Assembly: GCA_964442765.1 (NCBI GenBank)
Contig: CAYUAK010000230.1
Coordinates: 1 to 58,717, forward strand
Length of the DNA: 58,717 nt
Reading direction: 5' to 3'
Source of the DNA: an uncultured Tannerella sp.
GTDB lineage: Bacteria > Bacteroidota > Bacteroidia > Bacteroidales > Tannerellaceae
Numbering within the stretch: the first letter of the stretch is position 1; every line of letters begins with the position of its first letter. The position numbers and the translations under genes are program-made. Below the pieces are notes generated by a model. That model did not search any database and was not told where the DNA came from. It saw nothing but the letters and a program-made list of their open reading frames with translations. Positions 9,709-19,839 of the stretch are shown here, one piece after another.

Positions 9709-10587
9709 ATGCAAAAACTACTGGCATTCATTGTTGCTAAGAGGCATTTGTTTTTGTTACTTTTATGTGAAATAATCTCGTTTGTATTGATATACCAAAA
9801 CAATGCTTATCAACGAAATGTGATGTTAAGCTCGGCAAACGCGATTACAGGCAGGATTTTGTCTGTTTCGAGCGCCGTTTTTTCCTACTTCGACCTGCAA
9901 AATATAAACAGCGAACTGTTAGAACGAAACGGCCTGCTCCAAATGGAAGTTATCCGGCTACAAGAACAACTGAATAACCAGAAGATAGATAAAACGCCTT
10001 TCAATCAGGTGTTTTTGAGTGATACAGTACTAACCGACAGCCTGAAGCGCAAGAACTATTCCTACCGGTTTATACCTGCAGGCGTAAGAAGAAACAGTGT
10101 AAATTTGCATCGCAATTATATTACAATCAATAAAGGCGCTAAAGATGGCATTCGCCCGGATATGGGTGTTATTTCACCGAGCGGTATCGTCGGAATCATT
10201 ACGGATGTCGATGAGAACCTATCCGTAGCCATGTCATTGTTGCATGTCAAGACAGCCGTGAGCTGTAAAATAAAGAACACCCCTTTTTTCGGCCCCCTGT
10301 CATGGAAAGGGGGCGATTTGAGATATGGTTACTTAGAACACATAGGAACCCATGCCATCTTTCAAACAGGCGATACAATCGTAACCAGCGGGTACTCCGA
10401 TGTCTTTCCGCCGGGTATCATGGTAGGCGTTATTGAATCGTTCAAGAAACAGGACGATGACAACTATTATTCGTTGAAAGTGAGGTTAACGACCGATTTT
10501 CAATCGTTAAACACACTATTCGTGATTGATAACGTTTCACAGCAAGAACAAATAAAATTAGAGCGGGAGGCCAGGAGAAATGATTAG
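9709..10587 (+). CDS. mreC: Rod shape-determining protein MreC
   Basis: N-terminal TM, coiled coil, ITINKGAKDGI, GDTIVTSG..FPPGI; operon position. Confidence 0.95.
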   Translation: MQKLLAFIVAKRHLFLLLLCEIISFVLIYQNNAYQRNVMLSSANAITGRILSVSSAVFSYFDLQNINSELLERNGLLQMEVIRLQEQLNNQKIDKTPFNQVFLSDTVLTDSLKRKNYSYRFIPAGVRRNSVNLHRNYITINKGAKDGIRPDMGVISPSGIVGIITDVDENLSVAMSLLHVKTAVSCKIKNTPFFGPLSWKGGDLRYGYLEHIGTHAIFQTGDTIVTSGYSDVFPPGIMVGVIESFKKQDDDNYYSLKVRLTTDFQSLNTLFVIDNVSQQEQIKLEREARRND

Positions 10588-11098
10588 TCGCTTTCGGGAA
10601 ATACTTGTTTTAATATTGTTTGTGTTGTTACAGACGCTTGTGGTGGATCATATCCGGCTGTTTGGAACCGTAACGCCTTTTGTTTACATTTTTGCATTAT
10701 TGAAGTTACGCATAAATATTTCACGTTCAGTTTTGATTGTCATTTCCTTTTTATTAGGCCTTGTCATCGATATATTTTCAAATACGTATGGCATGCACGC
10801 CGCAGCCTGTTCGTTCATCGGTTATATTCGTAAACCATTGTTAGACAGCTTTGTGGACATGAAGGACATACCTGATCGGAGCGCACCTTCATATCAGTTA
10901 TTCGGGTTCGGCAAATTTTTGCGCTACGCGTTGATAATCGTATCTATTCACCATGTCATCCTGTTTACGATTGACGCCTTCGGTTTTCATCAACCGGTTT
11001 TATTAATTATTCGCCTGATATCGTGCATATTATTTACTTCTTTGCTGATATTTATTATTGAATCATTTTATCCGGGAAAAATAAAACATGGAGAATAG
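10580..11098 (+). CDS. mreD: Rod shape-determining protein MreD
   Basis: Polytopic membrane protein, LGLVIDIFSNTYGMHA; lies between mreC and PBP2. Confidence 0.9.
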   Translation: MISRFREILVLILFVLLQTLVVDHIRLFGTVTPFVYIFALLKLRINISRSVLIVISFLLGLVIDIFSNTYGMHAAACSFIGYIRKPLLDSFVDMKDIPDRSAPSYQLFGFGKFLRYALIIVSIHHVILFTIDAFGFHQPVLLIIRLISCILFTSLLIFIIESFYPGKIKHGE

Positions 11099-12995
11099 CC
11101 GCCGTCAATATGATTATTACCAACGGCGCAACTTCATTGTTGGCGTCATCATCCTTTTTTTGCTTCTATTTGTAGCGAGGCTATTTTATTTGCAAATCAT
11201 GAGCGATGATTATAAAAAGTGGGCCGACAGCAACGCCTATCTAAAACGTCCACTTAATCCTTCGCGGGGCATCATTTATGACCGCAAAGGCCGCCTGCTT
11301 GTCTATAATCGCCCTACATATGATGTGATGGTCATCATGCGCGATGTGCAGCCGTTTGATACGATAGATTTTTGCAGAACGATAGGTATATCAAAAGAAG
11401 ATTTCGATAGAAGGGTAGCCAATATCAAAGACAGAGAACTCAATCCGGGCTATTCATCTTTTATGCCGCAGTTGTTTATGAATCAGTTACCGGCAAAGGA
11501 CTATGGCGTTTTACAGGAGAAGCTGTATAAATTTCCGGGCTTTTATGTTCAAAATCGCGCATTACGGGAGTATGGGTGCCAAAATGGAGCTAATATTTTG
11601 GGATATATCAGTGAAGTTTGGCTCGAAGATTTAAGAAAAGACAGTTATTATGCACAACGTGACTATATTGGTCATTCAGGTGTTGAGAGTTCATACGAGA
11701 AGATTTTGCGTGGACAAAAAGGCGTCGAGACCTTATTACGGGATGCGCATGGACGTACAAAAGGAAGATATGAAGAAGGGCGTTACGATGTAGCGCCTGT
11801 TTCAGGGAAAAATATAACGCTATCTATTGACATGGAATTACAGGCTTACGGTGAGAAACTGTTGACGAATAAAACGGGCGCTATTGTGATGATAGAACCC
11901 GCAACCGGCGAGATTCTTTGCCTTGTCACTTCGCCTACTTATGACCCTAACATGCTTGCAGGAAGCCAGTTCGGACAAAATTATCAGACCCTTCTGCGCG
12001 AACCGAAGCGTCCCTTGTACGACCGTGCCATAAAAGGTGCTTACTCACCCGGTTCTACGTTCAAACCTGCACAAGCGCTAGTATATTTACAGGAAGGGGT
12101 TGTTACCAAAGATAAAACATATCCCTGTTACAGCGGATATACCTATTCGCTTGATGGACGCCCGGCATGTCATTCGCACAGCTCGCCGGTATCGCTTGTG
12201 TATTCTTTATCGACATCTTGTAACTCTTATTATTGCTGGGGGTTACATGAGATGTTGGATTATCGTTCCCGCTATCCGACGATTCAGGAAGCATTCGATA
12301 AATGGAGAAGTTACATGGTATCAATGGGTTATGGTAAGCGTTTGGGCATAGATATGCCCGATGAAGTTGATGGATTCATACCGAGTAGCACCACTTACAA
12401 CACTACACGTAATAACCGATGGAGTTCTGGAAGCATCATTTCGATAGCTATCGGACAGGGTGAAGTTACTGCTACACCGCTACAGATGTGCAATTTAGCA
12501 GCGACAATTGCGAATAGAGGCTATTATATTATCCCGCATGTCGTGCGTAATATACAGGATATGCCGTTAGAAAGCCAATACAGAGAAAGAAAATATTCAG
12601 GTATTCAAAAAGAGTACTATGATTTAGTGGTAGAAGGCATGCGGGCGGCTGTTACCGGTGGTACCTGTAATATGTTAAATTTCATTTATAGCCTGGATAT
12701 TTGCGCTAAAACAGGAACAGTCCAAAACCCGCATGGCCGCGACCACTCGGCTTGCATTGCTTTTGCCCCCAAAGATGAACCCAAGGTTGCTATCTCTGTT
12801 TTTGTTGAGAACGGTGGTACAGGCGCTCAATTATCTATTCCCATTGCACGGTTGATGCTATCGAAATATTTGAGAGGCGAAATTTACAACTTTGATCAAT
12901 GGCTTGAAGATAGAACCATCATCTGGGATACAAGCCCCGGCTCTCCTTTTTATATTAAAAAAATTGTAGTTGAAGACGAACATGACGAGCTATAA
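11088..12995 (+). CDS. mrdA: Penicillin-binding protein 2
   Basis: RGIIYDRKG, SxxK (STFK), SxN (SCN), KTG motifs. Confidence 0.96.
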   Translation: MENSRRQYDYYQRRNFIVGVIILFLLLFVARLFYLQIMSDDYKKWADSNAYLKRPLNPSRGIIYDRKGRLLVYNRPTYDVMVIMRDVQPFDTIDFCRTIGISKEDFDRRVANIKDRELNPGYSSFMPQLFMNQLPAKDYGVLQEKLYKFPGFYVQNRALREYGCQNGANILGYISEVWLEDLRKDSYYAQRDYIGHSGVESSYEKILRGQKGVETLLRDAHGRTKGRYEEGRYDVAPVSGKNITLSIDMELQAYGEKLLTNKTGAIVMIEPATGEILCLVTSPTYDPNMLAGSQFGQNYQTLLREPKRPLYDRAIKGAYSPGSTFKPAQALVYLQEGVVTKDKTYPCYSGYTYSLDGRPACHSHSSPVSLVYSLSTSCNSYYCWGLHEMLDYRSRYPTIQEAFDKWRSYMVSMGYGKRLGIDMPDEVDGFIPSSTTYNTTRNNRWSSGSIISIAIGQGEVTATPLQMCNLAATIANRGYYIIPHVVRNIQDMPLESQYRERKYSGIQKEYYDLVVEGMRAAVTGGTCNMLNFIYSLDICAKTGTVQNPHGRDHSACIAFAPKDEPKVAISVFVENGGTGAQLSIPIARLMLSKYLRGEIYNFDQWLEDRTIIWDTSPGSPFYIKKIVVEDEHDEL

Positions 12996-14445
12996 AACTA
13001 ATTTATGGAAGTCGGTCGACTGGTTTACAATCATCCTCTATGTTATCATGATAACAGCGGGATGGTTTTGTGTTTATGGCGCAAGCTATGACATTGATGC
13101 GCCCACACTGCTCGATTTAAATAGCCGTCAGGGTTATCAACTTCTATGGATTGGCATTTCGGTTATCGTTATTTTTATTATCATGATGCTCGATAAGAAT
13201 TTTTTTGAGACCTTTAGTTACCTGATTTACGGCGCTATCATTTTTTTACTAATACTGACCATCTTCATTGCTCCCGATATTAAAGGGTCGCGCTCCTGGC
13301 TCGTAATCTTACCTGTCCTTCGCTTTCAACCGGCTGAGATAGCTAAATTTGCTACACTGTTAGCGCTTGCCAAATATATGAACTCATACGAGTTTAACCT
13401 GTTAAAATTAAAGAATTTTATCATTTGCACTTGCATAGTTCTCCTTCCAATGATATGTATATTCCTTCAGCGGGAAACTGGAACAGCGCTTGTTTTTTTA
13501 GCCTTAGCGCTTGTGTTCTACCGTGAAGGCATGTCCGGATATGTGCTTTTTTCAAGCGCTTGCGCTATACTTTTTTTTATTGTCAAACTAAAATACGACT
13601 TTCTTTTTTGGAACGATACACCATTGGGCGAACTTATTGTTACAGGTATCATCTTAGTTATCATGTATATATTTCTGCTGTTTGTACTAAAGAAAAGAGC
13701 TTTTTCGATTTATTTTCTTGGTATTGTGGCTTTGACCGCTCTTTTATCCTATATAGCCTCCTTTTTTATCACCATCAACTTTGTATGGGTCGGGGTAGTT
13801 CTTGTCGTCGGTTTTTCAATTTATCTGGTACTTTATTCAATGAGGGTCATCGAATGGAGCTATTCCTTTTTAGCCCTCTTTGCCATCTTATCGCTTGGAT
13901 TTCTTTTTTCTGTGGATTATGTGTTCGATAATGTATTGGAACCCCATCAGCAGCAACGCGTCAAGGTGTCGTTAGGGTTGGTTAACGACCCCACCGGCGT
14001 TGGTTACAACGTAAACCAGTCGAAGATTGCCATCGGTTCTGGCGGGTTTACAGGAAAGGGATTCTTGAACGGGACGCAAACCAAGCTCAAGTTTGTGCCC
14101 GAACATGCGACCGATTTTATTTTCTGCATAGTAGGCGAGGAGTTTGGGTTTCGGGGTTCGTTATCCGTTATCGTGCTTTACTGCATTTTCCTTTTACGGA
14201 TGCTTGTCCTTGCCGAGCGCCAGGATACAACCTTTGGCAGGGTATACGGGTACGGTGTCGTATCATTTTTCCTTTTTCACGTCTTTATCAACATCGGCAT
14301 GGTCACCGGCCTGACCCCTGTGATAGGCATCCCCTTACCCTTTTTCAGTTACGGCGGCTCCTCCCTCTTAGGCTTCACTATCCTCTTATTCATCTTCCTC
14401 CGCATAGACTCCGGCCGCAAAGAGTTCATCATGTCCGGAGCGTAA
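12982..14445 (+). CDS. rodA: Peptidoglycan glycosyltransferase RodA (SEDS family)
   Basis: FQPAEIAK, QSKIAIGSGG, PEHATDFIF..GEEFG, GIPLPFFSYGGSS; ATG 12982 chosen as start. Confidence 0.96.
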   Translation: MTSYKTNLWKSVDWFTIILYVIMITAGWFCVYGASYDIDAPTLLDLNSRQGYQLLWIGISVIVIFIIMMLDKNFFETFSYLIYGAIIFLLILTIFIAPDIKGSRSWLVILPVLRFQPAEIAKFATLLALAKYMNSYEFNLLKLKNFIICTCIVLLPMICIFLQRETGTALVFLALALVFYREGMSGYVLFSSACAILFFIVKLKYDFLFWNDTPLGELIVTGIILVIMYIFLLFVLKKRAFSIYFLGIVALTALLSYIASFFITINFVWVGVVLVVGFSIYLVLYSMRVIEWSYSFLALFAILSLGFLFSVDYVFDNVLEPHQQQRVKVSLGLVNDPTGVGYNVNQSKIAIGSGGFTGKGFLNGTQTKLKFVPEHATDFIFCIVGEEFGFRGSLSVIVLYCIFLLRMLVLAERQDTTFGRVYGYGVVSFFLFHVFINIGMVTGLTPVIGIPLPFFSYGGSSLLGFTILLFIFLRIDSGRKEFIMSGA

Positions 14446-14675
14446 GAAGGTCTCTTTTTACTGTCCTTCAATTATTGCAATTATTCCGTCTGATGTAGCG
14501 ACAAATTCAAATCTGAAAATAATCTCTTTGTCCCGTAAAATAATTGCCAGGTCAGTTTCAGAAAGTTTTTGAATTTTTTGGTCAGACAGATGAAAAGCGT
14601 TTTTTTTCTTTTATTATACTTTTGTTTGCTTATTCCGGCAAATATCGTACCTTTGCATCAAAATTTGACGTTCAA

Positions 14676-14855
14676 ATGAAAAAGGAAATAGGTAAATGGC
14701 TCATGGATGTAGCTAAATATGTGGCTACCGCTGTACTGATAGGTTCGTTCTTTGGGGGATTGGAGCCAAAATGGGTTTTGTACGTTTGCGGTTTTTTTGT
14801 TGTCGGCATACTGCTTGCAGTCGGGCTCGCATTAATTAAAAAGGATAATAAATAA
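14676..14855 (+). CDS. 59-aa two-TM small protein (DUF6722-like)
   Basis: MKKEIGKWLMDVAKYVATAVLI, preceded by its own -7 box TACCTTTG at 14648-14655. The ORF-track start at 14544 lies upstream of this promoter. Confidence 0.75.
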   Translation: MKKEIGKWLMDVAKYVATAVLIGSFFGGLEPKWVLYVCGFFVVGILLAVGLALIKKDNK

Positions 14856-14873
14856 TTTATAAATATAAATATT

Positions 14874-14975
14874 ATGGTAGGTTTTATTTTTTGGTGCGGA
14901 TTCCTGATTTCAATCGCTCTGTTTTTTTTATTGTTCGCAAACACAAATGCAGGTAAAAAATTCCTGAAAGATTGA
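14874..14975 (+). CDS. 33-aa single-TM microprotein
   Basis: MVGFIFWCGFLISIALFFLLFANTNAGKKFLKD, with an AT-rich leader 18 nt after the previous stop; below the ORF-track length cut-off. Confidence 0.6.
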   Translation: MVGFIFWCGFLISIALFFLLFANTNAGKKFLKD

Positions 14976-15048
14976 AACGACGCTTTTATGGAACTTATTT
15001 ATTTTTTTATCGGATTAGGTATAGTAACGCTCATAGTAGGAGCAAGGG

Positions 15049-16437
15049 CTATTCTAAGAACAGTTCGATGACGGGGACTTCGACATTGGGGCGTTCGACG
15101 GGGAGTGTTAATATGACGTCGTTTTCGCCCGATGTCTCGCCGGTATTGCCCGATGCTTGGGTTACTGTACGGAAGCGAAGCTCGGAGGCGTCGTTGAGGA
15201 GCTGCGCATATTTGAACTTGCCGCGGAAGCCAGGGAGATGTAAGGAACGGAAGGGCCATTCGAGCACGTGAATGTACAGGCGTTTGGTCTGCGGGTTGTA
15301 GGTGAGCAAGCAATTTTGCGGTACCCTGAAATCGTCCGGCGCTTGTGTACAGCCGTAGATAGAACGGTCGTGAAACTTCATCCATCCGGATAGTCCTTCT
15401 AAGCGCTCGTCGGCGCGGTAGTCGAAAACGCCGCGGGCGGTGGGTCCTACGTTGAGAAGCAGGTTGCCTCCTTTACTCACCGTTTCAACAAGCATCACTA
15501 CTAACTGATGTACGCTTTTCCACGTATACTCATCACGGTAGTACCCCCATGAGCCGGAGAAGGTCTGACATGTCTCCCACGGGACACGCTTCCCGCGCAC
15601 GGTAGGCCATTCGGTGGGCATAAACTGTTCGGGTGTCATAAAATCCCATCCCCAATCGGTATGGTTCAAGTCCAAGCGGTTATCAACTAAGATGTTGGGC
15701 TGCAGTTTTCGGATCAGCTTCAATAACTCTTCTGCTTCCCAATCCTGATGTCCCTTACCGTTATCGCCTGGATACGAGAAATCTAAAAAAAGCTCATCAA
15801 TCTGTCCGAATTGGGTCAACAACTCGGTCAGTTGGTCTTTCATGTATTGACGATATTTTTTCATATCCCGTTTTTCGTTGGCGGCTCTCAGCTCTTCGGG
15901 GTTACGGGGGCCGTTGGGGTGATTGCGGTCGAAGGTAAAATCGGGGTGATGCCAGTCTATCAACGAGTAATAAAAGCCTATCCGGAGGCCTTCCGCACGA
16001 AAGGCATCGACCAAGGGTTTGAGAAGGTCTTTTTTGTAGGGTGTATTCGTTACTTTGAAGTCCGTAAACTTGGAATCCCACAGGCAAAACCCGTCGTGGT
16101 GTTTGGTAGTGACAACGACATACTTCATCCCAGCCGCTTTGGCTTTGGCCGCCCATTCCTTCGGATTATACAGGTCGGGGTCGAAACGGTCGAAATAGAC
16201 TTGGTAGTCGGCATCCGAAATACGTTCCCTGTTTTTCACCCATTCGTGGCGCGCAGGTACGGCGTAAATGCCCCAATGGATAAACATGCCGAAACGGTCG
16301 TGCGTCCACCAGGCCATCCTTTTTTCCTTTTGTAAAGCTGTCTCTTTCGCCCATTCAGGGGTGTTGTCTTGCGCTTTAGCAGTCCAACTCATACTCATAA
16401 TGAGTAACAAACCAATAAAAATTAATGTCTTTTTCAT
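15049..16437 (-). CDS. Alpha-L-fucosidase (GH29)
   Basis: Signal peptide; RFGMFIHWG, TTKHHDGFCLW, YYSLIDW, GNLLLNVGP. Confidence 0.95.
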   Translation of the reverse strand: MKKTLIFIGLLLIMSMSWTAKAQDNTPEWAKETALQKEKRMAWWTHDRFGMFIHWGIYAVPARHEWVKNRERISDADYQVYFDRFDPDLYNPKEWAAKAKAAGMKYVVVTTKHHDGFCLWDSKFTDFKVTNTPYKKDLLKPLVDAFRAEGLRIGFYYSLIDWHHPDFTFDRNHPNGPRNPEELRAANEKRDMKKYRQYMKDQLTELLTQFGQIDELFLDFSYPGDNGKGHQDWEAEELLKLIRKLQPNILVDNRLDLNHTDWGWDFMTPEQFMPTEWPTVRGKRVPWETCQTFSGSWGYYRDEYTWKSVHQLVVMLVETVSKGGNLLLNVGPTARGVFDYRADERLEGLSGWMKFHDRSIYGCTQAPDDFRVPQNCLLTYNPQTKRLYIHVLEWPFRSLHLPGFRGKFKYAQLLNDASELRFRTVTQASGNTGETSGENDVILTLPVERPNVEVPVIELFLE

Positions 16438-16555
16438 AATAAAAACGTTTTAGTTGTGGGACAAAGGTACATGAATTTTTTAAAAAGAAATGATGGGATT
16501 GGGGAAAAATTTGTATCTTTACCGTTTAAAAAGGGATTATTTAAAAGGTAAACGT

Positions 16556-17326
16556 ATGTCAGACAGTGTAATAATTATTCCAACGTACAATGAGAAGGAG
16601 AATATTGAGAGTATTATTCGGGCTATTTTTGGGTTGGAGAAGGTTTTTAATATGCTGATTATTGACGATGGCTCGCCGGATGGAACGGCGACTATTGTTA
16701 AAAAATTGCAGCAGGAGTTTACAGAACGCCTGTTTTTGGTCGAGCGCGCCGGTAAGTTAGGTCTTGGTACGGCTTATATATGCGGTTTCAAATGGGCTAT
16801 CGAGCATGGATATGATTATATTTTCGAGATGGACGCCGATTTCAGCCATAACCCGAATGACCTGCCGAGACTGTATGCCGCCTGTGCCGAGCAGGGGGCG
16901 GATGTGGCTATCGGGTCGCGTTATATCAATGGCGTCAATGTGGTCAACTGGCCGCTCGGACGGGTGTTGATGTCCTATTTTGCCTCTACCTACGTGCGGA
17001 TAGTGACCGGTATGAAGATACGGGATACGACGGCAGGGTTTAAATGTTACCGCCGCCATGCGCTCGAAACGATTGAATTGGACAAGATTCATTTCAAGGG
17101 TTACGCTTTTCAGATTGAGATGAAGTTTACGGCTTATAAATGTGGGTTTAAGTTGGTGGAGATACCTATCATTTTTGTAAACCGTGTGTTAGGGACTTCC
17201 AAGATGAACACTTCGATTTTTGGAGAAGCGCTTTTTGGCGTCATCCGGTTGAAATGGGGGAGTTTTTTCCGTAAGTTTCCAAAGGCGAAAACATGTCCTG
17301 AAAAAGATGCGAACATTAATCTCTAA
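16556..17326 (+). CDS. Polyprenol monophosphomannose synthase (GT2)
   Basis: [34 protein letters not shown]; ATG 16556 chosen as start. Confidence 0.93.
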   Translation: MSDSVIIIPTYNEKENIESIIRAIFGLEKVFNMLIIDDGSPDGTATIVKKLQQEFTERLFLVERAGKLGLGTAYICGFKWAIEHGYDYIFEMDADFSHNPNDLPRLYAACAEQGADVAIGSRYINGVNVVNWPLGRVLMSYFASTYVRIVTGMKIRDTTAGFKCYRRHALETIELDKIHFKGYAFQIEMKFTAYKCGFKLVEIPIIFVNRVLGTSKMNTSIFGEALFGVIRLKWGSFFRKFPKAKTCPEKDANINL

Positions 17327-18647
17327 TGCGCTGATAATAAACGAAGGGATTTCGTTTAAGGGTTCGGTATTGATAGATGACGATTGTATCGTTTCTATAC
17401 AAGCGGCTGATAAGGCTGTCAATGAAACATCTGAGCATGTAAAAAAAATAGACGCAAGTGGCAAGTGGTTATTACCGGGTGTGATAGATGACCAGGTACA
17501 TTTTCGGGAGCCAGGGCTAACGCACAAAGGCGATATTTACAGTGAAAGCCGGGCGGCTGTAGCGGGCGGGGTCACGACGTTCATGGATATGCCTAATACG
17601 ATACCGCAGACCATTACCATAGAAGCTTTAGAGTGGAAGTATAGACGTGCCTCGGAGGTCTCGGTTGCCAATTATTCATTTTTCTTTGGCGGTACGAATG
17701 ACAATGCCGGACTGATAAAGCTGTTGAGCCGTAGCAGGACGCCGGGTATCAAGCTGTTCTTGGGTTCATCTACGGGTAATATGTTAGTAGATAACGAAGC
17801 GGCCTTGCGTCGAATTTTTGGAGAAACTGATCTGTTGATAGCTGTTCATGCGGAGAAAGAAGACATCATCCGTCGCAATAAAGAGAGGTATGTTTCAAAA
17901 TACGGCTCGGAGTTAGATTTGTCCTTTCATCCGCTGATACGCAGCGAAGAGGCCTGTTACGCATCATCATCCGAGGCGGTAGCTCTGGCAACAGAACTCG
18001 GCGCACGCTTGCATCTGTTACATTTATCAACCGGAAAAGAGTTGGGGTTGCTTGACGGAGGCGACTTGCCAGACAGGAAGATAACCGGCGAAGTATGCGT
18101 ACATCATCTTTGGTTTTGTGAGGACGATTACCGTCTGTTAGGCAGTCGTATCAAATGGAATCCTGCTATCAAGTCGAAATCCGACCGGGACGCCTTGCGT
18201 AAAGCGCTCAATGATAATACGATTGCTATTGTAGCTACCGACCATGCGCCACATCTGCTTTCCGAGAAAGAAGGCTCGTGTCTGACAGCCGCTTCGGGTG
18301 GCCCGTTAGTACAGCACGCATTACTTGCCATGTTAACTATGGCTAAGGAAGGGATTTTTACAAAGGAGAAAGTGGTCGAAAAGATGGCGCATCATCCGGC
18401 AGAGTTGTTTCGGATAGACAGGCGTGGTTTTATCCGAGAAGGGTATTTTGCCGATTTGGTTTTGATAGATCCGACGCAGCCAACTGCCGTAACGAAGGAG
18501 AATTTATGGTATAAATGCGGATGGTCGCCATTTGAAGGCGTCACCTTTCCGTTTTCCGTCTGGAAAACTTTTGTAAACGGACAAGAAATCTATTCCGAAG
18601 GTCAAATTGTGGGGGATTGCGTCGGCAAAGAGGTAAGATTTTACTAA
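17307..18647 (+). CDS. pyrC: Dihydroorotase
   Basis: [42 protein letters not shown]. Confidence 0.95.
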   Translation: MRTLISNALIINEGISFKGSVLIDDDCIVSIQAADKAVNETSEHVKKIDASGKWLLPGVIDDQVHFREPGLTHKGDIYSESRAAVAGGVTTFMDMPNTIPQTITIEALEWKYRRASEVSVANYSFFFGGTNDNAGLIKLLSRSRTPGIKLFLGSSTGNMLVDNEAALRRIFGETDLLIAVHAEKEDIIRRNKERYVSKYGSELDLSFHPLIRSEEACYASSSEAVALATELGARLHLLHLSTGKELGLLDGGDLPDRKITGEVCVHHLWFCEDDYRLLGSRIKWNPAIKSKSDRDALRKALNDNTIAIVATDHAPHLLSEKEGSCLTAASGGPLVQHALLAMLTMAKEGIFTKEKVVEKMAHHPAELFRIDRRGFIREGYFADLVLIDPTQPTAVTKENLWYKCGWSPFEGVTFPFSVWKTFVNGQEIYSEGQIVGDCVGKEVRFY

Positions 18648-18756
18648 AAAAAACAGTCATTTTTGCGCCTCAAATGTTAAAAATGCACTTTTTTTGGCAA
18701 AAAATGAGGAAAAAGCCGAATTTTTTCAAAAATATGTTGTATAATATAAAAAAAAA

Positions 18757-18788
18757 TTTGCAGGGTAGAATAAATATCCTCACCTTTG
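18757..18788 (+). promoter_or_regulatory. Consensus Bacteroidetes promoter with no downstream plus-strand CDS
   Basis: TTTG (18757-18760), 20-nt spacer, CACCTTTG (18781-18788). Confidence 0.6.
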
Positions 18789-18849
18789 CGGCGATAACCT
18801 AAACAATCTTTTTGCCTTAGAGACTAATTCCTATTTAAAACCTGTATAG

Positions 18850-18877
18850 AGGGAGCCTTTTGAGAAAAAGACTCCCT
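18850..18877. terminator. Hairpin between convergent transcription units (possibly a bidirectional terminator)
   Basis: AGGGAGCCTTTT-GAGA-AAAAGACTCCCT, 11 of 12 pairs, GNRA loop. Confidence 0.6.
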
Positions 18878-18897
18878 TGTACTTTGTATGTTGATTA

Positions 18898-19785
18898 TCA
18901 GTCATGTACTAAGGAAGCATGGAAGTTAAAACGATATATTGGTCTTTTCAAGAAACAGTATAACCCATACAAATTACTACCAAAAACATTTTCCCAAGGC
19001 GAGTGTATTCTTAAAACAAGAACATCAAAGCATTGTAAGGTATATTTGTAGAGAGCAAGGTGTGTGTGTTCATTTTCGGCCAAGACATCTTTGATTACAG
19101 CTTCGGAACAGGATGATTTTACGGCAAAAGCTATTCCAGTTGGCTTTTGATTTTCAAGCGCGACAATTACTTTGCCTTCAAAGTGCTGATATTCCTGAAG
19201 GATACTATTAAAATCTTGTTCATCATGGAGTATAGTTCTTTTTCGCAAATTTTGAAGACGGTCAAAAAAAGGAAAATGTTCTTGGGTACAATCTTCAAAT
19301 GAATAATCATTCATCTTAACATTCAGGAACGTTGGATGATTCTTATCCATGCTTTTCGTGTTTTGATATAGATGTTGTGTAAAACCTGCTCTTATATAAT
19401 ATTCATAAAGCGAAACCTCAGCCGGAATCAAAAAGGCAAGGGAAAATCCTTTTGAATACAATTCCGACTTTGCGGAAGCAATCAGTTCCTTCATTAATCC
19501 TTGCCCTCGTTCAAATGGGTGTGTACAAACTCCGCAAATATAAGCTGCGGGTAAGATGCTTTGAAGAAATTTAACTTTATAAGGAATCATTTGCAGGGCG
19601 GAAACAACGAATCCATTTCGTTTGATGACGAGTGTATTTTCGGGTTTATACACGTGATTGAAAAAAAACTCGATGTATTCGGGCGGGTCATTAAATGAAT
19701 CCTGCCATAAGTCGGTAAGCATCCATTTGTCTTCAGGCGCCGGATGACAGATTTTCAAATCGTCATAAGTTGAGGAGTAAGTCAT
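18898..19785 (-). CDS. GNAT family N-acetyltransferase (Eis-like)
   Basis: YICGVCTHPFERGQGLM acetyl-CoA motif, FLIPAE..LYEYY..GF. Confidence 0.88.
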   Translation of the reverse strand: MTYSSTYDDLKICHPAPEDKWMLTDLWQDSFNDPPEYIEFFFNHVYKPENTLVIKRNGFVVSALQMIPYKVKFLQSILPAAYICGVCTHPFERGQGLMKELIASAKSELYSKGFSLAFLIPAEVSLYEYYIRAGFTQHLYQNTKSMDKNHPTFLNVKMNDYSFEDCTQEHFPFFDRLQNLRKRTILHDEQDFNSILQEYQHFEGKVIVALENQKPTGIAFAVKSSCSEAVIKDVLAENEHTHLALYKYTLQCFDVLVLRIHSPWENVFGSNLYGLYCFLKRPIYRFNFHASLVHD

Positions 19786-19825
19786 AATTAATTGAAAATT
19801 GAGATTTTTGAATTGAGAATTAAAA
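19786..19825. repeat. AATTGAG/AATTGAA heptamer array abutting the GNAT start codon
   Basis: aattgaa aattgag atttttg aattgag aattaaa. Confidence 0.5.
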
Positions 19826-19839
19826 AATCAAGAAAATCC

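Noticed and set aside
14459-14610. Minus-strand open stretch HLSDQKIQKLSETDLAIILRDKEIIFRFEFVATSDGIIAIIEGQ*
   Set aside because: There is no clear start codon and no recognisable family. It may be a gene remnant but cannot be supported without BLASTx.
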